The notes beneath the pieces were generated by a model that did no database searches, was not told the DNA's origin, and was given only the letters and a program-made list of their open reading frames with translations. DNA of 64,000 nucleotides, taken from the NCBI GenBank assembly GCA_965237675.1, contig OZ250150.1:1984001-2048000 (forward strand), in the 5' to 3' direction. Position 1 is the stretch's first letter, and each line of letters begins with the position of its first letter. The DNA comes from Candidatus Latescibacterota bacterium (GTDB taxonomy: Bacteria; Latescibacterota; UBA2968; GCA-2709665). The position numbers and the translations under genes are program-made. Below are positions 11,864 through 23,176 of this stretch, in pieces.

Positions 11864-11902
11864 ATGCGAACGTGTTCCGTGTCTCAAAGGAGCGGCAGTA
11901 CC

Positions 11903-13822
11903 ATGAAATCGAAACCCGAGTACGGAATTGTCGTTGCCGCAAACGTCATGGTACCCATGAGGGACGGCGTGCGGCTGGCTACGGATGTTTACCGCCCGGC
12001 CGTCGACGGGGAACCCGCGCCGGGTCGATTTCCGGCGATTCTGGGACGGACGTCCTATGACAAGAGCAGTCCTCAAATGTGGGTTGAACCCGTGGGGACG
12101 TATTTTGCGCGTCGTGGATACGTGGTGGCGATTCAGGATCTCAGGGGCCGGCACCGGTCGGAGGGCACGGGACAATACTTCCATACCGCCAATCCGGACG
12201 AGGGCCGGGACGGTTACGATACGGTGGCCTGGATTGCAGAACAGCCCTGGTCTAACGGGCGGGTGGGCACCGTGGGAAGTTCGCACGGGGCTATCGTACA
12301 GGCGGTGATGGCGCTGTACCGGCCGCCCAATCTCACGGCGATGTGGCAGGACGTGGGGCCGACCAATATGTACGCGCACTGTTCCCGCGAGGGCGGCGCG
12401 ATGGCGCTCCACATGTTCGGAGCCCTGTTCCTGCACGGACACGATGCTCAGGAGATAGCGGACGACCCCTCCGCCGTGCAGGCGTTCGTGGATGCCATGG
12501 AGGGCATGCGGGAGCTGGTATATTCCACCCCGTTCAAGCCGGGGGACACGCCCCTGGCCCTGGTGCCCAATCTCGAACGGGTGCTGTTCGATTACTACCA
12601 TCGCGGCGAGTACGACGAGTTCTGGCAGCAGGACTGCTGCGACCAGGAGCGCCACTTCGACAGGCACGGCGATATTCCTTCCGTCTTCAGCGGGGGTTGG
12701 TACGACCCCTTCGCGGTGGCGACCACGAATTATTTCACGGAAATGTCGAAACAGAACCGGACGCCCCAGCGGCTGTTGATGGGTCCGTGGAACCATGGCG
12801 GAATACGTGGAGAGGGAAGTTCGTTTGCGGGCGACGTGGATTTTGGGCCCGATTCGGCGTGGGGCGACGACGTGTACAACCGGGAACGGTTGCGCTGGTT
12901 CGACCGCTGGTTGAAGGATACTTCCATCGACGTGGCGGACGATCCCCCTGTGCGAATTTTCGTGATGGGAGGAGGCGATGGCCGGCGCAACGGCGAGGGC
13001 CGCCTGAACCATGGCGGAAAGTGGCGTACGGAGCGGGAGTGGCCCCTGGCCCGCACGGCGTCCACGCCGTATTACTTCCATGGCGGCGGCCGGCTGAGTC
13101 CGAAGACGCCGGGAGAAGGCGAAATGCCCGCGCGGTATCAACACGACCCCGACCACCCGGTGCCGACCATCGCGGGCAATGTGACCGGCTTCTACGAGAT
13201 GGTTCCGTTGGGCGACGGGATGGTCGCGAGGTACACGCCCCCCAGGGCGCGGATGCGCAGCATCATCCTGGACGGTGCGGCCCACCAGCAGGAGGGGCCG
13301 GGTATCGTCGGCGCCGAACCGCCGTATCTGCCCCTGGCGTCCAGGGCGGACGTGCTCGTCTTTCAGACGGACCCGCTGGATGAGGACGTGGAGGTGACCG
13401 GGCCGCTTTCGGTGAATATCTGGATCTCTTCCTCCGCAGTGGATACGGACTTTACCGCGAAGCTGATCGACGTCTATCCTTCCAGCGAAGATGATCCATC
13501 GGGTTATCATATGAACCTGGTCGATTCCATCATCCGCACGCGCTATCGGAACGGGTGGGAGACGCCCGAGATGATGACGCCCGGCGAGGTGGTTCCCGTG
13601 AGGATCGATCTCCCGCCGACCAGCAATTTGTTCAAACGCGGCCATCGGATCCGAGTGGATATCTCCAGCAGCAATTTCCCCCGTTTCGACGTGAATCCGA
13701 ATACCGGCGAACCCGTGGGAAGGCATACCCATTCGGTCGTGGCCCGCAATACGGTTTACATGGACCTGGCACGGCCCTCCCACGTTGTGCTACCGATAAT
13801 TCCGTTGTCGGAGGGGGGTTAG
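11903..13822 (+). CDS. CocE/NonD family serine hydrolase
   Basis: VPMRDGVRLATDVYRP, QDLRGRHRSEG, WSNGRVGTVGSSHG nucleophile elbow, GWYD, GPWNH, DISSSNFPRFDVNPNTG. Confidence 0.93.
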   Translation: MKSKPEYGIVVAANVMVPMRDGVRLATDVYRPAVDGEPAPGRFPAILGRTSYDKSSPQMWVEPVGTYFARRGYVVAIQDLRGRHRSEGTGQYFHTANPDEGRDGYDTVAWIAEQPWSNGRVGTVGSSHGAIVQAVMALYRPPNLTAMWQDVGPTNMYAHCSREGGAMALHMFGALFLHGHDAQEIADDPSAVQAFVDAMEGMRELVYSTPFKPGDTPLALVPNLERVLFDYYHRGEYDEFWQQDCCDQERHFDRHGDIPSVFSGGWYDPFAVATTNYFTEMSKQNRTPQRLLMGPWNHGGIRGEGSSFAGDVDFGPDSAWGDDVYNRERLRWFDRWLKDTSIDVADDPPVRIFVMGGGDGRRNGEGRLNHGGKWRTEREWPLARTASTPYYFHGGGRLSPKTPGEGEMPARYQHDPDHPVPTIAGNVTGFYEMVPLGDGMVARYTPPRARMRSIILDGAAHQQEGPGIVGAEPPYLPLASRADVLVFQTDPLDEDVEVTGPLSVNIWISSSAVDTDFTAKLIDVYPSSEDDPSGYHMNLVDSIIRTRYRNGWETPEMMTPGEVVPVRIDLPPTSNLFKRGHRIRVDISSSNFPRFDVNPNTGEPVGRHTHSVVARNTVYMDLARPSHVVLPIIPLSEGG

Positions 13823-13824
13823 CG

Positions 13825-15714
13825 TTGCCAGACAACCGCAGGACGATCCGGCTGACCACGGCCCAGGCGCTGGTGAAGTACCTATCGGTACAGTACAGCG
13901 AGCGGGACGAAAAGGAACGGCGGCTGATTCCGGCGATGTTCGGGATCTTCGGCCACGGGAACGTGGCGGGGATGGGGCAGGCGCTCCACGAGTTCGGTCG
14001 GGATCTGCCGTATTACCAGCCGTGCAACGAACAGGCGATGGTACATACGGCTTCCGGATTTGCCAGGGCGACCCTCCGTAAGGCGACGTTCGCGTGTACG
14101 TCGTCGATCGGTCCGGGGGCGACAAATATGGTGACCGGCGCGGCCACCGCCACAATCAACCGGCTGCCGGTGCTTCTGCTGCCGTCCGACCACTACGCGA
14201 CGCGTCACCAGGACCCCGTGCTTCAGCAATTGGAGCATCTGATTTGCGGGGACGTGAGCGTGACGGACTGTTTTCGTCCGGTGAGCCGTTTCTTCGATCG
14301 CATCTCACGCCCGGAGCAGCTGCTGATGGCGCTGCCCGAGGCGATGCGCGTGTTGACCGATCCGGCGGATACCGGGGCGGTGACGCTGGCGCTCCCGCAG
14401 GACGTGCAGGCCCATGCGTGGGACTATCCTGCCCGATTCTTTCAGAAGCGGGTGTGGCGGATTGAACGTCGTTTGCCCGACCCGAAACGAATAGAAGACG
14501 CGGTGGCGCTATTGAAAGCGGCCGACCGGCCCATGATCATCGCAGGCGGCGGCGTGCACTATTCGGAAGCGTACGAAGCCCTGGAAGCGTTTTCGAGGCG
14601 GTTCGGCATACCCGTTGCCGAGACACACGCGGGAAAAGGGGCCGTGCGGTGCGGGTCTGCATTGCTGCTCGGCGGGCAGGGGGTTGCAGGCGTGCCGCCC
14701 GCAGCTGAGGTGGCGAAACGCGCCGACATGGTCCTGTGCATCGGCACGCGGCTGAGCGATTTCGCCACGGGGTCGCACTCGGTTTTCCAGCATCCGGAAG
14801 TGACGTTTGTCGGTGTCAATGTATGCGGGCACGACGCGAACAAGCTTGGGGCGTTGTCGATAACGGCCGACGCGCGCAAAACGCTGTTGGAGTTAACGAA
14901 GGTCGCGGAGCAGACGGGCGTCTTACCGCGCGAAGCCTACGTGCTGGAAATCGGATTACTGAAAGCGGAGTGGCAGGCGCAGATCAAGGAGGCGGTCCTC
15001 CGGCAACATCCCGGCGAGGCGATGAGCCAGGGGCAACTCGTGATGGCGATGAACGCCGAAGCCAGGGAGGGCGATACGGTGGTCGCTGCCGCGGGGGCGC
15101 CGCCGGGAGATCTGTTGAAGCTCTGGGATGCCAGCGACGGGAGAGACTGTCACATCGAGTTCGGGTATTCGTGCATGGGATACGAGATTCCCGCGGGCCT
15201 GGGGGTTCGCCTGGCGAAGCCCGAAGGCGAAGTGGTCGTGTATATCGGTGACGGGACCTATCTGATGAATCCGACCGAACTGGTGACGGCGCTGCAGGAA
15301 GATCTGAAGATCACGGTGGTCATCGCGGAGAATCACGGTTTTCAGTGCATCCGGCAACTTCAGATGGGGCGCGCGGGGCACAGTTTCGGCAATGAGTTTC
15401 GAGCGCGAGACCGGGATTCGGGGCGGCTGGAAGGGGACTTTCTGGGGATCGATTTCGCGAGGAATGCCGAAAGCATGGGAGCCAGGGCGTGGCGGGTGGC
15501 AACCCCTGACGCCTTGCGGGCTGCCCTGCGGGAAGCCCGCAAGGAGCGGCGGTCGTGCGTCATTGTCGCGGAGGTGGAGAAATACCGGGACGCGCCGGGC
15601 TCCGGCGTATGGTGGGATGTCGCGCCCGCTGAGACTTCGCGGGACGATGTGACCCGGGCGCTGCGTGCCGAGTACGAGCGAAACCGCGAGCAGCTGCAAC
15701 GGTATTACGGTTAA
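13825..15714 (+). CDS. iolD: TPP-dependent 3D-(3,5/4)-trihydroxycyclohexane-1,2-dione acylhydrolase
   Basis: TIRLTTAQALVKYL, GIFGHGNVAG, SSIGPGATN, DPVLQQLE, EFGYSCMGYEI, GDGTYLM; TTG start at 13825. Confidence 0.92.
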   Translation: MPDNRRTIRLTTAQALVKYLSVQYSERDEKERRLIPAMFGIFGHGNVAGMGQALHEFGRDLPYYQPCNEQAMVHTASGFARATLRKATFACTSSIGPGATNMVTGAATATINRLPVLLLPSDHYATRHQDPVLQQLEHLICGDVSVTDCFRPVSRFFDRISRPEQLLMALPEAMRVLTDPADTGAVTLALPQDVQAHAWDYPARFFQKRVWRIERRLPDPKRIEDAVALLKAADRPMIIAGGGVHYSEAYEALEAFSRRFGIPVAETHAGKGAVRCGSALLLGGQGVAGVPPAAEVAKRADMVLCIGTRLSDFATGSHSVFQHPEVTFVGVNVCGHDANKLGALSITADARKTLLELTKVAEQTGVLPREAYVLEIGLLKAEWQAQIKEAVLRQHPGEAMSQGQLVMAMNAEAREGDTVVAAAGAPPGDLLKLWDASDGRDCHIEFGYSCMGYEIPAGLGVRLAKPEGEVVVYIGDGTYLMNPTELVTALQEDLKITVVIAENHGFQCIRQLQMGRAGHSFGNEFRARDRDSGRLEGDFLGIDFARNAESMGARAWRVATPDALRAALREARKERRSCVIVAEVEKYRDAPGSGVWWDVAPAETSRDDVTRALRAEYERNREQLQRYYG

Positions 15715-15825
15715 TTTGTAGACAGCGTTCGGTCCCTTCCACCGGGCCTCTGGCTGGTTCGGGAATGGGTAAGCCGACCGCTGAAAGCTGAAGGTTGACC
15801 GCTTTTTTTTTCGGGAGACGATAAG

Positions 15826-16623
15826 ATGGCAACGAGCGAACCGACGGTACATCGATTGTTTGACCTGAGCGGGAAGGTGGCGCTGGTGACGGGCGGAACG
15901 GGGTTTCTGGGATCGGCGTTCGCCAGGGCGCTTGCCGAGGCGGGAGCCAGGGTCGTCATCAGCAGCAGGGACCGCGGCCGGGCCGAGGCTGCGGTGTTGG
16001 ATTTGTCCGGTGACGCCGGGCACGTGGGCGTTGAGCTGGATCATATGGATGGAGGATCCATCGAGGCCGGTTTTGCGGAGGCGGTGGAAACGACCGGACA
16101 AATCGACGTCCTCGTCAATAACGGACACGAGGGTCTGTTGAACGACTGGACGGACGTCACACACGAACAGTTCGCGCGGCAACAGGCAAACGTGGCCGGC
16201 TATTTCACGCTTGCCCGGCTGATGCGAAACGACGCCGTGGAACGCGGCGCGCCCGCGAGTATTGTGATGCTGGGGTCCATGTATGGTCAGGTGGCGTCCT
16301 ATCCGGATGCGTATGCCGGGGTCTGTCCGGCCAGCCCCGCGGCCTATCACGCGTTGAAGGGCGGGATCATCCACGTGACGCGCCACCTGGCGGTTTACTG
16401 GGCGGCGGACCGCGTGAGGGTCAATTGTCTGAGCCCGGGGCCGTTTCCCAATATGAGCAAGGCGCCGGCGGAGATGGTGGACCGGTTGTGTACGAAGAGC
16501 CCGATGGGACGAATGGGAGAGCCGCATGAATTGAAGGGGGCGATCGTGTTTCTCGCCAGTGACGCGAGCAGCTATATGACCGGGCAGAATTTGACGATCG
16601 ACGGTGGATGGACAGCGTGGTAG
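15826..16623 (+). CDS. Short-chain dehydrogenase/reductase
   Basis: TGGTGFLG, LVNNG, YHALKGG (YxxxK), YMTGQNLTIDGG. Confidence 0.93.
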   Translation: MATSEPTVHRLFDLSGKVALVTGGTGFLGSAFARALAEAGARVVISSRDRGRAEAAVLDLSGDAGHVGVELDHMDGGSIEAGFAEAVETTGQIDVLVNNGHEGLLNDWTDVTHEQFARQQANVAGYFTLARLMRNDAVERGAPASIVMLGSMYGQVASYPDAYAGVCPASPAAYHALKGGIIHVTRHLAVYWAADRVRVNCLSPGPFPNMSKAPAEMVDRLCTKSPMGRMGEPHELKGAIVFLASDASSYMTGQNLTIDGGWTAW

Positions 16624-16696
16624 GTCCGGAAACGAATAGGGGCCGTGCGCCATCGCCGCCGGGATGTGTCCAACCCGTTCTTCGGGAGGATCGGCA

Positions 16697-18049
16697 ATGA
16701 ACGAGAAGAACACAATGCCTGCGCAGCATTCGGTTGTCCGGTCGATGGCCGTGTATGAGCGGGCGAAGGAAGTGATTCCGGGTGTGACCCAGTTGCTCAG
16801 CCGGCGTCCGACACAGGCGGCGCTGGGGGTGAGCCCGGTTTACGCCGCGAAGGCGAAGGGATGCCGGATCTGGGACGTCGACGGCAACGAGTACGTCGAC
16901 TGGATGAGCGGGGTGGGGCCGATCATATTGGGCTACGCGGACGAGGTCGTGGACGCGGCGGTCAAGCAGCAGATCGAACGAGGCGGCATCTGCAGCATTG
17001 TGCATGAAAGCGCCGTGGAACTGGCCGAAGAACTGGTCCGGCTGATTCCGTCCGCGGAGATGGTGCGTTACGCCAAAGGAGGGGGAGAGGCGTGCACCGT
17101 GGCGGTACGGATCGCGCGGGGGGTTACCGGGAAGGACAAGGTGCTGTTCTGCGGTTATCACGGATGGCACGATTGGTACCTGGCGGCGAATCTGGGCGGG
17201 GAGCGGCTCGACCGCCACCTGCGCCCGGGAATCGAGCCGATCGGGGTGCCGCGTGTGCTGGAGGGAACGACGATTCCGTTCGAGTACGGCGACCTGGAAA
17301 TGCTGGAGGATCTGCTGGAGGCGCATCGGAATGATGTCGCGTGCATTATGATGGAGCCGATGCGGACGGAGTTGCCGCCCCCCGGGTATCTGGAAGGGGT
17401 GAGGGACCTGGCAACGAAGTATGGGGTGGTTCTTATTTTTGACGAGGTGTCATCCGGTTTCCGTATTGCGCTGGGCGGGGTACAGGAGTATACGGGCGTG
17501 GTACCCGATCTGTCGGTGTTCGCGAAAGCGATCTCAAACGGGTACCCGATGGCTGCCGTGGTTGGCAAACGTGAGGTGATGGAGCCGGCGTCGAGGATGT
17601 TCATTTCCAGCGCCTACTGGGACGATCCCATCGGAACCGTGGCTGCCTTGACGACCCTGCGAGAACTGGAGCGAAGGGATGCGGTGACGCATTTCGAACG
17701 TGTGGGGGCGTCGTTCAAAGAGAGGATCAACCGGGCGGCGCGAGAGGCGGGATTGGCCGCCGAATGCGTCGGCGTTGCCGCCCACCCGGGCATCCGGTTT
17801 GAGGTCGAAGACGCAGAGACCGCGAGGAAAGTGACGACGCTGTTTATTCAGGAAAACGCCAGACGCGGGTTGATTCTGTCGACCGGATTTTTCTTCAATT
17901 GCGCGCACGACGAGGCGGCGCTGGACCACACCGAGGCGGTGGTGAGGCAGAGCTTCGCGTTGATCAGAGACGGGTTGGAGAACCGGCGGCTGGATGAATT
18001 ACTGGAGTGCGAGATCCGGGAGGATCTGTTCAGACGTTTGGTTCGATGA
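16697..18049 (+). CDS. Class III PLP aminotransferase (GSA-aminomutase-like fold)
   Basis: WDVDGNEYVD, GYHGWHDW, LIFDEVSSGFR, FAKAISNGYP (PLP lysine). Confidence 0.88.
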   Translation: MNEKNTMPAQHSVVRSMAVYERAKEVIPGVTQLLSRRPTQAALGVSPVYAAKAKGCRIWDVDGNEYVDWMSGVGPIILGYADEVVDAAVKQQIERGGICSIVHESAVELAEELVRLIPSAEMVRYAKGGGEACTVAVRIARGVTGKDKVLFCGYHGWHDWYLAANLGGERLDRHLRPGIEPIGVPRVLEGTTIPFEYGDLEMLEDLLEAHRNDVACIMMEPMRTELPPPGYLEGVRDLATKYGVVLIFDEVSSGFRIALGGVQEYTGVVPDLSVFAKAISNGYPMAAVVGKREVMEPASRMFISSAYWDDPIGTVAALTTLRELERRDAVTHFERVGASFKERINRAAREAGLAAECVGVAAHPGIRFEVEDAETARKVTTLFIQENARRGLILSTGFFFNCAHDEAALDHTEAVVRQSFALIRDGLENRRLDELLECEIREDLFRRLVR

Positions 18050-18110
18050 CTCCTCCGGGAGGGGTCCGTGGCGATTCGCCGCGATCCTGAGACTGGGAAG
18101 CATCCTCCCG

Positions 18111-19679
<1,569 letters not shown>

Positions 19680-19714
19680 TTAAGAAGTGCGTCCGCCCGG
19701 CCAGTACCCGCGGT

Positions 19715-20830
19715 TCAATCGGTGTTCGGGTCAGTGCTGGAGCGATCTGCGGGCCCCTGCTTCAGATGGATGCTTCCATTCATGCTCCGCAGCTTCATAA
19801 CGGCATCCCCGCCTTCGCCGATGACGCCTTCAAGGCGGTTCCTGGCCTTGCGCGCGACAGCGACCGGGAAATCGGTATGCACGCGCCCATTGCGGGTTTC
19901 GGCGTCGACACGACCCGAAAAGTCGGACGGAAGCGTCAATTTGACGGAGCCGTTGGTTGCCATGGCAGTAACGGGGGCCTCGCATTCTCCCACGTGCATT
20001 TCTATCGATCCGTTGGTGGTCAAAAAGCTCGCGGCGTTGACGAGTCGCCCGATATCCGCTCTGATTTTCCCGTTGACGGTTTGCGCTTCAATTGGGCCTG
20101 TTTCACTTTCCAGGGCCACCGAGCCGTTGACGCTTTCCGCACTGACCGGGCCATCGATTCCGTAGACTTTGATGTTGCCCTGGACCGTGCAGAGACGGAC
20201 GGCCAGCGCGCGCGGCGTCTCGATTTCATAACGAATAACGACATTGACGCCGCCGGGCGGCGTGGGATGGTCGGCGAAAATCCGAAGCTCGTCTCCGACC
20301 TGTTCGGCGCGGACTTCCACTTCCCGGGCGAAATCTTCCGTTACGGAGCGTCGCCCGTGAACCGCTTTCCACGTACGGACGACGATCCGGTCGCGGTCCG
20401 TGCCTTTGAGCGAGATCGAGCCGTTGACGGTTTTCGCGTCGATCTTCGCAATGCCGTTGGCATCAAACGTCCATTCCTGGTGTTCCCCTGCCTGCCGTTC
20501 TCTATTGTTTTCTTTTCTCCCGGTAGTGAAATCGGAGACCGATGATGCCACCTGATCGGCCACCTCGTCCACGATCTTCCCGACGTTCGGCCACCGGACC
20601 GACTCAAACGCTTTGCCCACCTCGTTCTCTATCTCTCGCCCGACTTCGCTGAAGATTTCCGTGAACCTGTCAAAAGTCTCTTTTCCCTTTCCCGGCCTGC
20701 TTCGTTCGGTTCCAGGTCCTTCGTCCGTGTCGGATGGCTCATCGAGCGCGCGCAATAACATCTCGGCCTCTTCGGGGTTGATTTTCCCCTCCGAAAGCAT
20801 CTTGAGGATTTCAAGTCTTTCCCCGCTCAT
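19715..20830 (-). CDS. DUF4097/adhesin-like beta-repeat protein with N-terminal SHOCT-like domain
   Basis: ERLEILKMLSEGKINPEEAEMLLRAL N-terminus and repeated (T/S)xNGxI units. Confidence 0.82.
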   Translation of the reverse strand: MSGERLEILKMLSEGKINPEEAEMLLRALDEPSDTDEGPGTERSRPGKGKETFDRFTEIFSEVGREIENEVGKAFESVRWPNVGKIVDEVADQVASSVSDFTTGRKENNRERQAGEHQEWTFDANGIAKIDAKTVNGSISLKGTDRDRIVVRTWKAVHGRRSVTEDFAREVEVRAEQVGDELRIFADHPTPPGGVNVVIRYEIETPRALAVRLCTVQGNIKVYGIDGPVSAESVNGSVALESETGPIEAQTVNGKIRADIGRLVNAASFLTTNGSIEMHVGECEAPVTAMATNGSVKLTLPSDFSGRVDAETRNGRVHTDFPVAVARKARNRLEGVIGEGGDAVMKLRSMNGSIHLKQGPADRSSTDPNTD

Positions 20831-20832
20831 TG

Positions 20833-21222
20833 TTATTTCCTCCTCCGTTGCTTTATCAGCTCGGCCGCTTCCGCCGCGGACAGTTCCCCTCTATTGAGTT
20901 GTTTCAGGATCTCGCTGCGTCTCTCCGTGACATCGTCGGAGACCGTCGACTCCGTCCTGACTTCATAGCCAAGCTCCGCGATCACCGAATTCAAGCGGTT
21001 GCGAACCGTGGGATAGGAGATCCCGAGTTCGCGTTCCATTTCCTTGATGTTGCCCCGGTTCTTGACAAAGATCTCAATGAAGTCGAGGTCCTGCTGGGAC
21101 AGACGACAGAAGGGACACGTCGAATATTGACTCTCGATTCTGGTGTGGCAGGCGTGACACTGCAAACCGGATATCGTCAGTTCGCCGTCGCATGTCGGAC
21201 ATTTCTCCAATACCTTCCGCAC
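20833..21222 (-). CDS. DUF2089-like zinc-ribbon/HTH protein
   Basis: CPTC...CHAC ribbon, NRGNIKEMERELGISYPTVRNRL HTH, C-terminal SHOCT-like helix; GTG start behind AAGGAG. Confidence 0.85.
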   Translation of the reverse strand: MRKVLEKCPTCDGELTISGLQCHACHTRIESQYSTCPFCRLSQQDLDFIEIFVKNRGNIKEMERELGISYPTVRNRLNSVIAELGYEVRTESTVSDDVTERRSEILKQLNRGELSAAEAAELIKQRRRK

Positions 21223-21576
21223 GGTTGGGTTACTCCTTCATCGGTTGAAGATGCTGGACTGAGCGGCGCGAATACGGGAGGTGACCGCGTCCGCCCGCTG
21301 CTGGCAGCGCTTGTGAAGACTTCGATGCGTCGGACCTGTTTTCATGCCGGATGTGTCGAACGGCGAATTGCTCCGACGGTTCCGGGTTTATAGTCTGCAT
21401 CGCCCGCACGGAGGTGACCTCGTCCGCCAAAGGAGCTTGCGCCCGATCAGGGCCGGGGGTATCTTGACTGCCGGCCGACTACCGAGACGTAGAAGGACCA
21501 CCGACGGTCTGCCGTTCGGTCAGTAGGCCCAAGGTTACACAACCCATGGTCTGGTCGATGTGAGCGGTCTGAACGA

Positions 21577-21617
21577 AATATATCATGATAACATTAATAT
21601 ATCAATGTATTTTGTCA
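21577..21617 (-). promoter_or_regulatory. Sigma70-like promoter with overlapping palindrome for the DUF2089 operon
   Basis: Minus strand TTGATA-17 nt-TATATT; near-palindrome ACATTGATATATTAATGT overlaps the -35 region. Confidence 0.55.
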
Positions 21618-21903
21618 AATTATGTCGTAAATATGCAAATATTAAGAAAAATCGTAAAATAAACTATAAATATTCAATCTGTTTGTCAGGATCGAATATT
21701 CTGATGTGGCATTCAGGCGACCCCGGCGGCCCAAAGGTGCTTTCATCGATTCCACGGCGTTGATGAATTTCACATCGCGGCAGGTAAGTACCGGAGGGAC
21801 GACGGCCCGGGCCGGCAAGCGCAACGGATTTGAGCGAAGGCAATTAACGGCGTTCTGACCCACGTCGTGTCGGATCGTTAACGCATCGGGAGGCGGAAGG
21901 GCG

Positions 21904-23082
21904 ATGACAGCAGGCGATCTTGAATATGCGATGTTCTCCCGGGCTGAGATGGAGCGAAGGTACGCCCGCGCGCGGGTGGAGATGGACCGGCGCGGGATGG
22001 CCGCGTTGCTGGTTACCGGCGAGGAGAATTTCCAGTATTTCGCGGGGACGGCGGCGAGTGTGGCCCTGCACGCGTCGCTGACCCGGCCGTCGGTCTTTAT
22101 CCTGCCGCTGGAGGGGGAGCCGATTGTTGTCACGCAGGGCCAGGACAATCTGACGCTGGGTTCCTATGTGACCGATGTCCGGGGTTACGGGGAGCTGTTC
22201 GAGTTTCCGCAAGCGGCCGTGGTCCGGGCACTGATGGATGCGGGCGTGTCAGGACGGACCGTGGGTGTGGAATTGAGGCTGGAACAGCGGATGGGAATGC
22301 CGGTGGGGGCGTATCAGGATCTGACCGGGGCGTTGCCGGATGTCGCGTTTGAGGACGCGGCGGAGGTGATCGTACCTCTGCGGATGGTGAAGTCGGAGGA
22401 GGAACTTGCCTATATCCGGCAGGCGGGAGACGTGACGGGCCGGGCCCGGCAGCGGCTGTTCGGGATGATTAAACCCGGGATGACGGAACGGGATACCGCC
22501 CGCCTGATGCGGCGGCTGATTCTGGAAGAGGGCGGCGATGGGACTTCGTTTGTCATGTTGTTGTTGGGCCTTCCGGGATCGCGGAACCCGTTCGGTTACG
22601 ATAGGCCGCTGGAAGCAGGTCAGGTAGTCGGTGTGGATACGGGCGCCCGTGTAGGCATGTATACAGTTGACTACACGCGCTGGGTCACCCTGGGCCGGGC
22701 GACGGAACCGTTGAGACGGATGTACGACGCGCTGCTGGTGGTGAATCGCGCGATGGCGGCGGCCCTCGGCCCCGGCGTGAGATGCTCCGAAATTTACCGG
22801 GTGGGGACCGAGGCGATCGAAAGCGCTTGTTCGGGACGGGTTGGACTGGCGCGATTCGGTCCCGCCAGGATGGGCCATGGTCAGGGAATGCTGGTGACCG
22901 AGCCGCCGAGCATTCATCCGGGCGATCAGACGCCGCTGGAGCCCGGGATGGTCCTCAGCACCGAGCCCGGGTTGGCCGCGGAAGGCGTTCAGATGCTGTG
23001 GGAGGACGTTTTCGTGATTTCGGAGAACGGGAGTGAACAGATCACCCGGGAGAGCGACGAACTTTGCGAACTGCTCTCCTGA
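21904..23082 (+). CDS. M24 Xaa-Pro peptidase family protein
   Basis: LRMVKSEEE; metal ligands in VDTG, VDYTR, GHGQG, TEPG, WEDV. Confidence 0.9.
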   Translation: MTAGDLEYAMFSRAEMERRYARARVEMDRRGMAALLVTGEENFQYFAGTAASVALHASLTRPSVFILPLEGEPIVVTQGQDNLTLGSYVTDVRGYGELFEFPQAAVVRALMDAGVSGRTVGVELRLEQRMGMPVGAYQDLTGALPDVAFEDAAEVIVPLRMVKSEEELAYIRQAGDVTGRARQRLFGMIKPGMTERDTARLMRRLILEEGGDGTSFVMLLLGLPGSRNPFGYDRPLEAGQVVGVDTGARVGMYTVDYTRWVTLGRATEPLRRMYDALLVVNRAMAAALGPGVRCSEIYRVGTEAIESACSGRVGLARFGPARMGHGQGMLVTEPPSIHPGDQTPLEPGMVLSTEPGLAAEGVQMLWEDVFVISENGSEQITRESDELCELLS

Positions 23083-23176
23083 ACGGTCGATGCCTGTTGA
23101 TATTGCGGACGCCATGGGTTAGCTTGTGGATGAATCCGGATTGCGAACCGGGATCTTGAGATCCGCGGGGCCACAA

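Noticed and set aside
11750-16713. Long antisense ORFs (677 aa at 11750-13783, 585 aa at 14956-16713; similar ones at 404-1936, 10013-11308, 42484-43842)
   Set aside because: Shadow frames of well-supported genes, expected in GC-rich DNA; no motifs
16697-18049. Calling the aminotransferase hemL
   Set aside because: It shares the fold, but the typical PGGVNSPVR and SGTEA motifs are replaced (PGVTQLLSRR, GGGEA) and there is no heme-pathway context
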